From an uncultured Chloroflexia bacterium (GTDB lineage: Bacteria > Chloroflexota > Dehalococcoidia > GIF9 > UBA5629): 64,000 bases of DNA. This document shows positions 7,937-17,042 of the stretch, one piece after another (the first letter of the stretch is position 1; each line of letters starts with the position of its first letter). Location of the stretch: NCBI GenBank assembly GCA_963848815.1, contig CAWKFY010000033.1, positions 23,959-87,958 of the forward strand, in the 5' to 3' direction. Below the pieces are notes generated by a model. That model was not told the origin of the DNA and ran no database searches. It worked only from the letters and a program-made list of their open reading frames with translations. The translations under genes were made by a program, and so were the position numbers.

Positions 7937-9605
7937 ATGAGACGTAAAAATGGAACTATTGCAGTAGTATTGCTGCTTGGTGCGTTAGCTGCAGCACTGG
8001 GTTGCGGCAATGCAACTACTCAAGCTAAGACCGATAACACCTCGTCCACCATACCTGCCCCAAACGCTTCATTAACCACCCCCGCACCTCCTTCACCCAC
8101 GACTGAGGACTTCGTTGGAATAAGTTCAAACGCTTCATTGTCGCTAAACGGTCTGAAACTTTCTCTGTCGCTTAACTCGACAACCTTTCAGCTCGGGGAG
8201 GAAGTATCGATAGTTATCGACGAACAGAATACATTGCCGGTCGAAAATAAGGTCCTTGCTTCGCAAAGCTGGCCGCTGGAGGGATTGAGCCTGGGTCCAT
8301 GCGGGACTATCAACTATCCTTTCGGCATAGCTATCTTTCAGGGCAATTATTCCGCTGCCGATATTTCAACGGCAAAACGGCTAATGCTTTATGACCCCGG
8401 CGCAACTTATCATTGTCCCGCGATGATAGCTGGAATCACTGCTTATGATTTTCAGCCTACGAGCGATATGGCCTCTATTTTCGATAGCTACGATCCTGAT
8501 CCGTTTGGTCCCACTCAAATAATATCGGAAGTTTCGGCGAAGGGATACTGGATCGGCAGCCCTGCTGCAACTCTAACCAACTTCCCTCCAGGGGTTTATA
8601 CAGTGGTGGCTGGAGATGAATGGGGCACAACTGGCAGTGCTTCATTTCGTTGTCGCCGTTCAGACAGCCCAGCAATTTCAGTTGGGTCCGCCTTATTACG
8701 TTGGCCCTCCATCAGACATTCCCACCGGGCCGGCGCACCCATTGTATTCTGTGCGGCTGGACCTCTTGCCTGGTAAAACGATGTACGCATTTGGCGAGCC
8801 CGCGCAAATGAATGTAACTCTAACGAACGAGTCGTCGCCGGATGCGGAAAAGGTCACTATCGCACCGTTTCCACCTCGCATAGATATTGTGCTGGCGGAG
8901 GAATGGGCCCCGGGGGAACCGCCCAAAAGTATCCCTAACCCCATAGCACTACCTGAATTTCCCGGGCTATCGATCAAGCTGATAAAGACTTTTCCCGCCG
9001 GAGACGGCGTTAAGATATTCAGTAATGGGGAAAATGTTACTTTTCAATTGACCTGGGACCAGAAGGATAACGATGGGAAGCAGATGTCGCCGGGCTATTA
9101 TTCTTACCAATATGATTATAGAATCGGTTCAGGCTCGGTCATTCAGTCCGGTCAGGGGGGAGGTGGAAAGGCATGCCTTATCCAGTACCCGCAGGGAGCC
9201 ATGCAAAAAATCATCGAGGTTAACCAGTCCAAAAGGATAAACAATCTGCCTTTGCAGACGGATAGCGGAAGCCGGCCGGTTGACCTGGTACTTGAACTCA
9301 AGCAGGTAGTCCTGAGAGAGGAAGGCTCCAGCTTTCTGGTAGTTGGCAGTTCGCCCAACAAACCCGCTACGGGTTACAGCGATGGTTGGACTGGTATGTG
9401 TGTTGCAAGATATGTGGTAGACGGAGTCACTAAAGATGCGCGCAGCGCGATCACACAGGTTACAGATAATGGAATTGTGCTGCGCTGGGGAGGAGAAGAT
9501 AACTGGCTTGACCCTGTGCCTGCGGACGCCAAACAGCTTTCACTCGTGATTCTGGGTTTCGCTAATTGGAAAGGGCCGTGGGAATTTCAGGTTCCTCTTA
9601 AGTGA
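7937..9605 (+). pseudogene. Lipoprotein with fused X and Y modules, interrupted by one +1 frameshift near 8632
   Basis: Lipobox 'LAAALGC'. Track ORFs 7880-8776 and 8616-9605 join if the T at 8632 is removed (ACAACTGGCAGTG here, ACAACGGCAGTG in the paralog at about 4005). Total length is 1669 nt, which is 3n+1. Confidence 0.6.
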
Positions 9606-9620
9606 TTCTAACAAGCTAGA

Positions 9621-10487
9621 TCACTTCCCGGTCAGCCCATATAGCTTGTGGTAGGCAGCTTCGAAGCCGGGGTCGGCTTCGGCCAGGCGATTTCTGATCT
9701 CTTTCATGTTCCCGGCGAACTGCCGGCCATCTTTCTTATTAACCAGGTCGAGCCAGCGGCCGGCCTTCTCCGTAAAGAGCTTCTCGATCTTAGCCACGCC
9801 CGGCAGGTTCATCTGAAGGGATGAGTAGAACTCGGGGTCCTCGGAGGCGACGCTCTCGGCCATAGTCAGGAGCAGCCTGTAGGTCGTGCCGCTTACCACA
9901 GCCGACTCTTTGATCCTGTCCAGCTCCAGCAGCGTGTCGGCGGTCACCAGGCCTATAAAATGCGACAGCCCCAGCACGATGCTCATGATCTCGTCATGCT
10001 CTGCCGGGGACATCACGGCCACCTTCGCCCCCCGCTCCTCCAGGTATTTCCTCACCTTGGCGGCCGTCTCCTCCTCGGCTTTGCCGGTGGGAGTCAGTAC
10101 GAAGCGTTGACCGGCCAGGCCGTCGGCGCCGGGACCGAACATGGGGTGCACGCCCAGCACCGAGCCTTTATTAATATATTTATGCATGACCTCCACAGGC
10201 ATGGCTTTGATCGAGGTTACGTCGAAGATAAGCTGCCCTTGACGTATATAAGGCGCGATCTCACTGACGATCTGCTCGAATTTATCGATGGGGATCGAGA
10301 GTATTACCGCATCGGACGTTTCCACGGCCTCCCTGCTGGAGGCGTATTCAGCACCCAGCCTCTCCGCCGTTTCCCGCAGCTTTTCCCGGTCGCGGCCGGC
10401 GATCACCACCTGCCTGCCCTCCCCGAGCAGGAAGCGGGCCAGCCACTGCCCCATCTTGCCGTATCCGCCGATAATGGCAACCTTCAT
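9621..10487 (-). CDS. tyrA: Prephenate dehydrogenase
   Basis: N-terminal Rossmann motif 'VAIIGGYGKMG', a 'GVHPMFGP' block and position as last gene of the aro operon. Confidence 0.85.
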   Translation of the reverse strand: MKVAIIGGYGKMGQWLARFLLGEGRQVVIAGRDREKLRETAERLGAEYASSREAVETSDAVILSIPIDKFEQIVSEIAPYIRQGQLIFDVTSIKAMPVEVMHKYINKGSVLGVHPMFGPGADGLAGQRFVLTPTGKAEEETAAKVRKYLEERGAKVAVMSPAEHDEIMSIVLGLSHFIGLVTADTLLELDRIKESAVVSGTTYRLLLTMAESVASEDPEFYSSLQMNLPGVAKIEKLFTEKAGRWLDLVNKKDGRQFAGNMKEIRNRLAEADPGFEAAYHKLYGLTGK

Positions 10488-10502
10488 GCTGAGTGCATTA
10501 TA

Positions 10503-11576
10503 TCACTGTGGCTTGGCCCTGGGATATGATCCCAGCACCTTCAAGAATGTGACGTGCTCCTTGAGCTGCTCGAGCGCCTCCTGAATGTTGGGGTCCTTGC
10601 GGTGTCCCTCGAAGTCCAGGTAGAAGTTATATTCCCAGGGCTTCTGGCGCGTGGGGCGCGACTCAATCTTGGTAAGGTTGATGTTGCGGTCGGCGAAGAT
10701 CTTGATGGCCTCGTAAAGTGTGCCCGGCTTGTGCGCCAGCAAAAAGACCACCGAGGTCTTGTCGCTGCCGGTCTGGGGAGAATCTTTACCGCTCAGGATG
10801 AAAAAGCGGGTGGTGTTGTTGGGGTTGTCCTCTATCTCCCGCGCCAGTATCTTCATATCGTAAATCTCGGCGGCGGTGGCGCTGGCGATGGCCGCGCCGT
10901 CCATGATCTTCTCGTCCTTGATCATCTTGACGCTGCCCGCCGTGTCGTAGGTGGGTATCACTTCATAGCCCATGCGCTTGAGAAAGCCCTGGCTCTGCCC
11001 CAGCGCCTGCGGGTGTGAATAGACCTTCTTGACCGTCTCCAGCGTGGCGCCCTTATTGGCGATCAGGCAGTGCGTGACCCTGACCTGGGTCTCGCCGCGT
11101 ACCATGACGTCGGAATCGAGCAGTAAATCATAGGAGCGGCTGATGCTGCCGACCTGCGAGTTCTCCACGGGGATGATGCCGTAGGGCAGCGTGCCCTCCT
11201 GCACGGCGGCGAAGACCTCTTCCAGCGTGTCGAAGGGACCGGTCTCGACCGAGGGGCCGAAGAAGCCCATGGCGGCCTCCTGGCTGTAGGCGCCCGGCTC
11301 TCCCTGGAAGGCCACCTCCATGCCCTGTATGCTTTTGGAAGCCTTGATGACCAGCTTGTAGATGCGGTCCATGTCCTCGGGGTTGAGTCCCTCCTTTTTG
11401 GCCAGCTCCCTGACGTTCCTGAGCACCTGCTCCTCGCGGGCCTTGTCCTCAATGGGGCGCTTGCTCTCTTTCTTCTCCCGCCCGATCTCGTTGGACAGCT
11501 TCTGCCGCTGCGACAGCAGCTCGATAACTTTGATATCGATGTCGTCGATTAACTTTCTGGAATCGTGTATGCTCAT
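10503..11576 (-). CDS. pheA: Bifunctional chorismate mutase / prephenate dehydratase
   Basis: Chorismate mutase helix region, then a PDT domain ('AFQGEPGAYS', 'TRF') and a C-terminal ACT domain ('ESRP'). The likely start MSIHDS at 11576 overlaps the aroC stop as ATGA. The track ORF extends further 5' to 11675. Confidence 0.9.
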   Translation of the reverse strand: MSIHDSRKLIDDIDIKVIELLSQRQKLSNEIGREKKESKRPIEDKAREEQVLRNVRELAKKEGLNPEDMDRIYKLVIKASKSIQGMEVAFQGEPGAYSQEAAMGFFGPSVETGPFDTLEEVFAAVQEGTLPYGIIPVENSQVGSISRSYDLLLDSDVMVRGETQVRVTHCLIANKGATLETVKKVYSHPQALGQSQGFLKRMGYEVIPTYDTAGSVKMIKDEKIMDGAAIASATAAEIYDMKILAREIEDNPNNTTRFFILSGKDSPQTGSDKTSVVFLLAHKPGTLYEAIKIFADRNINLTKIESRPTRQKPWEYNFYLDFEGHRKDPNIQEALEQLKEHVTFLKVLGSYPRAKPQ

Positions 11577-12664
11577 TTCAGCACCTCTTTTATCAGTCCC
11601 GCCCTCATGGCGAAATCGCACAGGACCAGCTTCATCATGGCCGCGGCCACCGGCGCCGCCCTGGGCACGATGCAACTGTCATGCCTGCCCTTGATCGATA
11701 GATCGACCTCTTTGCCCGCCTTGAGGTCAACCGACCTCTGCTTTACGCTGATGGAGGGCGTGGGCTTGACGGCGATCCTGGCTACGATGGGCATGCCGTT
11801 GCTGATGCCGCCCGAAATGCCCCCCGCATTGTTGGTCAGCGTAACAACCTTTTTATGCTTAAGCATAAATATATCATTATGCTGCGAACCTTTCATAGTT
11901 GCCGAGGCGAAGCCCGAACCGAACTCCACCCCCTTTACAGCAGGTATGGCGAAGAAGGCTTTGGCAAGGTCGCCTTCCAGGGTGTCGAAAACCGGTTCGC
12001 CCAGTCCGGCCGGCACGTCCAGCGCCATGACCTCGATTACGCCGCCGATGCTGTCGCCCGCCTTCCTGACCTTCTCAATGAGCCTGATGATTTTTAAAGC
12101 CGCATCAGGGTCGGCGCACCTGACGGGATTTTTATCCACGGTCTTTTTTATATTGGCGGGCGTTTGCGGCGAAGCCTTTATGTCCCCTACCTGCACCGTA
12201 TGGGCCAGCACCTCGATGCCCAGCCTCCCGAGCAGCTTGCCGGCCACGGCCCCCGCCATGACGAACCCGGCCGTGATGCGGCCGGAGAAACGTCCTCCGC
12301 CGCGGAAATCGTTATATCCGCCGTACTTGAGCCAGGCCGTGTAGTCGGCATGGCCCGGACGTGGTACAGCCTTTAAACTCTCATAGGCTGAGGAATCGGT
12401 ATCGCGGTTGCGTACCAGCAGGCAGAGCGGCGCGCCGGTAGTAGTGCCGTTGAAGACGCCGGAGAGTATCTCCACGAGATCCTTCTCCCTGCGGGCGGTG
12501 CCCCCGGCGGCCGGCATGGGCTTGCGCCGGTCGACCTCTTTTTGAATCTCAGCGGCGGCCAGCGGCAGGCCGGCCGGACAGCCGTCCACGATGACGCCGA
12601 CGCATTCGCCGTGGCTCTCGCCGAAGCTGGTGACAACGAATATCTTACCCAGGCTATTTCCCAT
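11573..12664 (-). CDS. aroC: Chorismate synthase
   Basis: 363 aa and intact, with the motifs 'FGESHG', 'RPGHAD' and 'RHDSCIVPRA'. Confidence 0.92.
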   Translation of the reverse strand: MGNSLGKIFVVTSFGESHGECVGVIVDGCPAGLPLAAAEIQKEVDRRKPMPAAGGTARREKDLVEILSGVFNGTTTGAPLCLLVRNRDTDSSAYESLKAVPRPGHADYTAWLKYGGYNDFRGGGRFSGRITAGFVMAGAVAGKLLGRLGIEVLAHTVQVGDIKASPQTPANIKKTVDKNPVRCADPDAALKIIRLIEKVRKAGDSIGGVIEVMALDVPAGLGEPVFDTLEGDLAKAFFAIPAVKGVEFGSGFASATMKGSQHNDIFMLKHKKVVTLTNNAGGISGGISNGMPIVARIAVKPTPSISVKQRSVDLKAGKEVDLSIKGRHDSCIVPRAAPVAAAMMKLVLCDFAMRAGLIKEVLK

Positions 12665-13915
12665 CTAAAATTACTTCACCTCCCATGCTTTTCAGGACGT
12701 CCCAGAACTCGGGCCAGGTCTTGGAGACGCATTCGGCGCCCTCTATTATGGTGTCGCCCGCCAGCACACCCAGGATGCTGAAGGCCATGGCGATGCGGTG
12801 GTCTCCCTTCGAATCTACGCGGCGCCCCTCAGGCGTCCGCCCATGATGAAAAGGCTATAGCGGCCCTCGCTCACGTGGATGCCCATGCGCTCCAGTCCCT
12901 CGCTGACGGCCGCTATCCGGTCGGACTCCTTGAGCCGGGCGCGCTCGATGCCGCTCAGCTCGCTGACTCCAGGCGTGGCCGCGCAAAGCGCCGCCACCGT
13001 GGGCAGCAGGTCGATGCAGTCGGAGAGGTCGGCCTTGAGCGGCTTCAAATCGGACTTTTTAACCGTGACTGAGTCGTGATCGGGATAGATATTGGCGCCC
13101 ATGCGTTTCATCAGGCTCAACAGGGCCGGTCGGCCTGGCGGCTTTCGATATTCAAATTGCCTACATTCGCCTCGCCTGCCACGGCGCCCAGCGCCAGCAG
13201 GTAGGATGCCGATGACCAGTCTCCCTCCACTCTGTAGCGTGGTGGGGTGATAGCTCTGCCGTTCTGCCGTGAAGCTGCGCAGCGTGTCGTCCGGCTTTAT
13301 TTTCACGCCGAACTCTTTCATGCAGTCCAGCGTCATCATGATGTAAGGGACCGACTCAGGCGGCGTGGTCAGCTCGATCTTCATTTGCTGTGGGGCCAGC
13401 GGCGCGATGAAGAGCAGGGCCGAAACGAACTGCGAGCTGATATCGCCCGGCAGGACGGCCGTGCCGCCCTTCAGGCCGCCCTCCACCGTCACGGGGGCCA
13501 TGCCCCTTTCAGATCGGCAGTTAACGCCCACCTGTTGCAGGGCCTCGACCAGCGGGCCGACGGGACGTCCGGCCAGCGACGGGCCCGGCCGTCAGCCGGC
13601 AGGCGCCCGGCACCAGCGAGCAGACCGCCGTCATGAAGCGCAGCGTGCCCGCCGAGTCCCGGCAATACAGGTCGGAGTCCGGCTTTTTAAAATGCCCGCC
13701 CTGTGACCAGCCAGGCATCGCTGCCGTCCTCGATGCCGACGCCGATCTTGCCCAGCACATCGCGGGCGGCCTCGGTATCGTCGGCAGGCAGGGGGCTGAC
13801 GATTTCGCTCGGCCTTGGCCAGTGCGGCGCACACCAGGCCGCGCAGCGTGTAGCTCTTGGAGGAGGGCGCTTTCACCTTCCCCTGTATGTTGCTCTTAGA
13901 TATGAGCGCCCGCAT
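12654..13915 (-). pseudogene. aroA: 3-phosphoshikimate 1-carboxyvinyltransferase (EPSP synthase), frame broken at >=6 sites
   Basis: Track ORFs 13631-13915, 13521-13832 and 12815-13531 plus an unlisted tail give a continuous EPSPS-like protein only after frame changes. The changes fall near 13806-13812, 13694-13702, 13578-13586, 13228-13236, 13124-13131 and 12824-12838. The restored C-terminus 'VDSKGDHRIAMAF...GGEVILDGK*' stops at 12654 and overlaps the aroC start. Confidence 0.85.
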
Positions 13916-14429
13916 TATTTCCTCCGCCGCTGTGCAATTTGATCCACGATATCCTGCACGGACAGGTCGGACGTGTCAACCGTAATATCGGCGGCGTTCT
14001 CATATAAAGGCCTGCGGTAACTTGAGAAGCTCCTGTACGGCCGCCGCCGGGTCGGGCACTTCCAGCAGGGGACGTTTTTCGCCGCCCCAGGCCACGCGCT
14101 TCAGCGCTACCGACGGCAGTACCTTAAGGTAGACGATATCGCATGTCTCTTTAAGCGCAGCGATATTGGCGGGGTTGAGCACGATACCGCCGCCGCAGGC
14201 GATGACGGCCCCCTTCTTCCCGGCCGCTTCCAGCGCTACCTCGGCCTCGATCTTGCGGAAGGCCGGCTCGCCCTCCTCCTCGAATATCTGCGGCAATGGA
14301 CTTGCGGCATTTCTCCGTAACCAGCGCATCGAGCTCGACGAACTCCATATTGAGACTGTCGGCCAGCGCCCTGCCTACGGCGGATTTTCCCGCGCCCATG
14401 AAGCCTATCAGGGCTATATTACTTTTCAT
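13915..14429 (-). pseudogene. aroK: Shikimate kinase, frame broken at 2 sites
   Basis: Walker A 'GFMGAGKS'. Track ORFs 14151-14429 and 14000-14329 plus a tail join with shifts near 14290-14297 and 14012-14022. The restored end '...DIVDQIAQRRRK*' overlaps the aroA ATG as TAATG. Confidence 0.85.
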
Positions 14430-15296
14430 GTCCCTTTCAGCGCCTCAACCGCTGCTTTCCTCATAATATCGACGGGGGCCTTATGGCCGGTCCATTTCTC
14501 GAAGGCCAGTGCGCCCTGCCAGACCAGCATGTCCAGCCCGTTGACTGTCGCAGCGCCGGCTTTCGCCGCCTCCTTCAGAAGCCGCGTTTCAACGGGGTTG
14601 TAAACTATGTCCACCACCGTATGCTGCGGCCCGATGAGATCGCCTTTGACCAGGGTCTCGTCCGGTTCGGGCGACATGCCCACGCTGGTGGTGTTAACCA
14701 GGATGTGGCCCTTTTTCAGGGCGGTTGTAATATTCTGCCGGTCTAAGGGCATGGCCTCAGCCGGGTGCCCGGCGGTTTTCATAATATCCCCCACCAGGCG
14801 GGCGGCCCTGCCCGACGTCCTGTTCAATATGATGAGCGCCACTCCTGCGGTGGATAGTGCGAAGCAGACTGCCCTGGCTGCGCCGCCCGAGCCGAGGATA
14901 ACCGCAGTCTTGCCCCTGACTTCGACGTTATGTTCTTTCAGAGCTCGCATGAAACCTTCGGCATCCGTGTTATAGCCTTTGAGCATACTGCTATCGTTGA
15001 TAATCACGTTCACTGCGCCGATGGAGCGTGCCGGAGGGTCTATCTCATCCAGCAGAGGTATGACTTTTACCTTGTAGGGGATGGTGACGTTGATCCCCCG
15101 GATACTGAGCGCCCGCATGCCCTGCACGGCGGCTGCCAGGTGCCTGGGTGGAACCCTGAACGGCAGATATGACATAGTCCAGTCCCAGCGCTTTGAAGGC
15201 GGCGTTGTGCATGGCCGGCGACACGGTATGTTCGACGGGGTCGCCGATGACTCCGCAGACCGTGGTCTTGCCGGTTATCTCGGGCCATGTGTTCAT
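14426..15296 (-). pseudogene. aroE: Shikimate 5-dehydrogenase, frame broken at 1 site
   Basis: The N-terminus '[34 protein letters not shown]' (inside track ORF 15045-15461) joins ORF 14426-15175 ('YLPFRV...NVTIPYK...GSGGAARA') with a shift near 15168-15174. Confidence 0.85.
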
Positions 15297-15946
15297 CCGC
15301 CAACCCCAGCAGCCTGCGCATGACTTCAGCCGGCACCTGGCCGGGTGCGGACTCTTTGCCACTCCCTGTGGAAGCGTAAGTAAAATAGCTGCCCGCCCAC
15401 GGCGACAGCACGCGGCTGAGCCTCCCCTCTGCGCCCATGGCGAAGGAAACGATCCTGGCACTGGGGAAGCACGCGGATAATTTCGAGCACGGGGATGTTA
15501 TCCTCGATCTTGACGGCTGTGGTCACAAGCTTGCAAATGTCGGCGCCGGCCTTGATCTGCCGACGTACTATGGCCGCCAGTTCATCCGTTGAGGGCGTGC
15601 CCTGCCAGTCATGGTGCGAGATGATGCATCTGGCCTTTTTTTTGATCTGTGGCACAATATCTTTCAGATCCTCGGCATTGAGCTCAATATCGATGATATC
15701 GGCGCCCAGATTGGCTGCCGAAAGGAGCTCCCTAATCCTGCCTTCCTCACCCGCCCTCCATTTTCCGTGCTCATTCACGCTGCGATTGGCGGCTATCCAG
15801 GGCTTTTTGAGCGCAGGTACGATCTCACGCCAGCCTTCCCCGATCATATCTATGCGTACCTCGAAGAGGTCGGCCAATCCGGCGGCGCTTTTAAGCGAAC
15901 TGACGTCATTGTCTGTTATAACCGTGCAGATCTTAAGTCTCTTCAT
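15293..15946 (-). pseudogene. aroD: 3-dehydroquinate dehydratase type I, frame broken at 1 clear site and probably a second
   Basis: ORF 15326-15946 loses homology after '[12 protein letters not shown]'. The continuation '[30 protein letters not shown]' is in the frame of ORF 15067-15438, with the shift near 15458-15468. The 3' end at 15293 is inferred from a TGA overlapping the aroE ATG, which needs one more shift near 15300-15325. Confidence 0.75.
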
Positions 15947-17027
15947 TGTTCCTCTCCAACACTTCTATAGCCAGCGCAAAACTTACATCTTCGGAGATGA
16001 AGACCTTGCCTATCGAGCGCGGCAGTATGAAACTGCATTTTACCGTTGTGCACTTTCTTGTCGTGCTCCATGGCCTTGATCACCCTGGCCATGTCCAGGC
16101 GCGGCACGGCCACGGGCAGCCCGGCCGCCAGCAGCAGGTTTTTCAGCCAGGGCCAGCTCTTTGGCCTTGAAGATGCCGATCTTATTGGAAATGACGCAGG
16201 CCGTGACCATGCCTATGGCTATGGCCTGGCCGTGCTTGATCCTGAAATCGGAGGCGGACTCGATGGCATGGCCGATGGTATGGCCGAAATTGAGTATATT
16301 GCGCAGGCCGGTGTCCTTCTCGTCCTTTTCGACGATGGCGGCTTTGATGGCGGCCGACCTGACTACGATCTCCTCCAGCAGCAAGTTATCGAAGGAACGG
16401 ACCTTGTCCAGGTTTTTTTCCAGCAGGCTGAAGAAAGCCCTGTCCCGGATAACGGCGTACTTGATAACCTCGGCCAGGCCGTTGCTGACCTCAATGTGAG
16501 GCAGGCTGTGAAGCGTGAGGGTATCGGATACGACCAGCAAGGGCTGATGAAAGACGCCGATATTGTTTTTAAGCGGGCCGTGGTCGACCGCGGTCTTGCC
16601 GCCGATGCTGCTGTCAACCTGCGCCAGCAGGGTGGTGGGCAGCTGTACCAGCGGGCAGGCCGCGCATATAGGTGGCGGCCACGAAGCCGGCCAGGTCGCC
16701 GATAACTCCGCCGCCCAGGGCCAGCATGGGGGTCGTGCCGCTCGGCGTGGACCGCCTGCAGGCCCGCATAGAGTTTGGCGGCGGTATCCAGCGACTTATG
16801 CTCTTCGCCTTCCGGGACCAGCAGCAGTGCGGGTTTGAAACCCGGCCTTGTCCAGCGACCGCTTGAGTATAGTCGCCGTACAGCCTGTCGACGATGGGAT
16901 TGGTGATGATGACGGCCTTATCCGGAGGGCAGCATCGCCTCAGCCATATGCCTACCTGCCCGAGCAGGTCCCGGCCTATGCGGATGTCGTAGCCCCTTCT
17001 GCCAAGCCTGACCTTGACTATCCTCAA
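15933..17027 (-). pseudogene. aroB: 3-dehydroquinate synthase, frame broken at about 6 sites
   Basis: The conserved blocks 'ALGGGVIGDLAGFVAATYMRG', 'LVQLPTTLLAQVDSSIGGKTAV', 'NFGHTIGHAIE' and 'LPRSIGKVFISEDV' lie in different frames. Shifts fall near 16855-16866, 16835-16845, 16728-16735, 16650-16658, 16138-16145 and 16027-16033. The 3' end is approximate. Confidence 0.85.
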
Positions 17028-17042
17028 CCTGATCGGCCCACC

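Noticed and set aside
15293-15330. Possible natural aroD-aroE fusion, because the aroD-like frame stays open across the aroE start
   Set aside because: The starting frame of aroD ends in a TGA that overlaps the aroE ATG (ATGA coupling, as at other junctions in this operon). The open frame is more simply explained by another indel in a region already full of them. This cannot be settled without orthologs.
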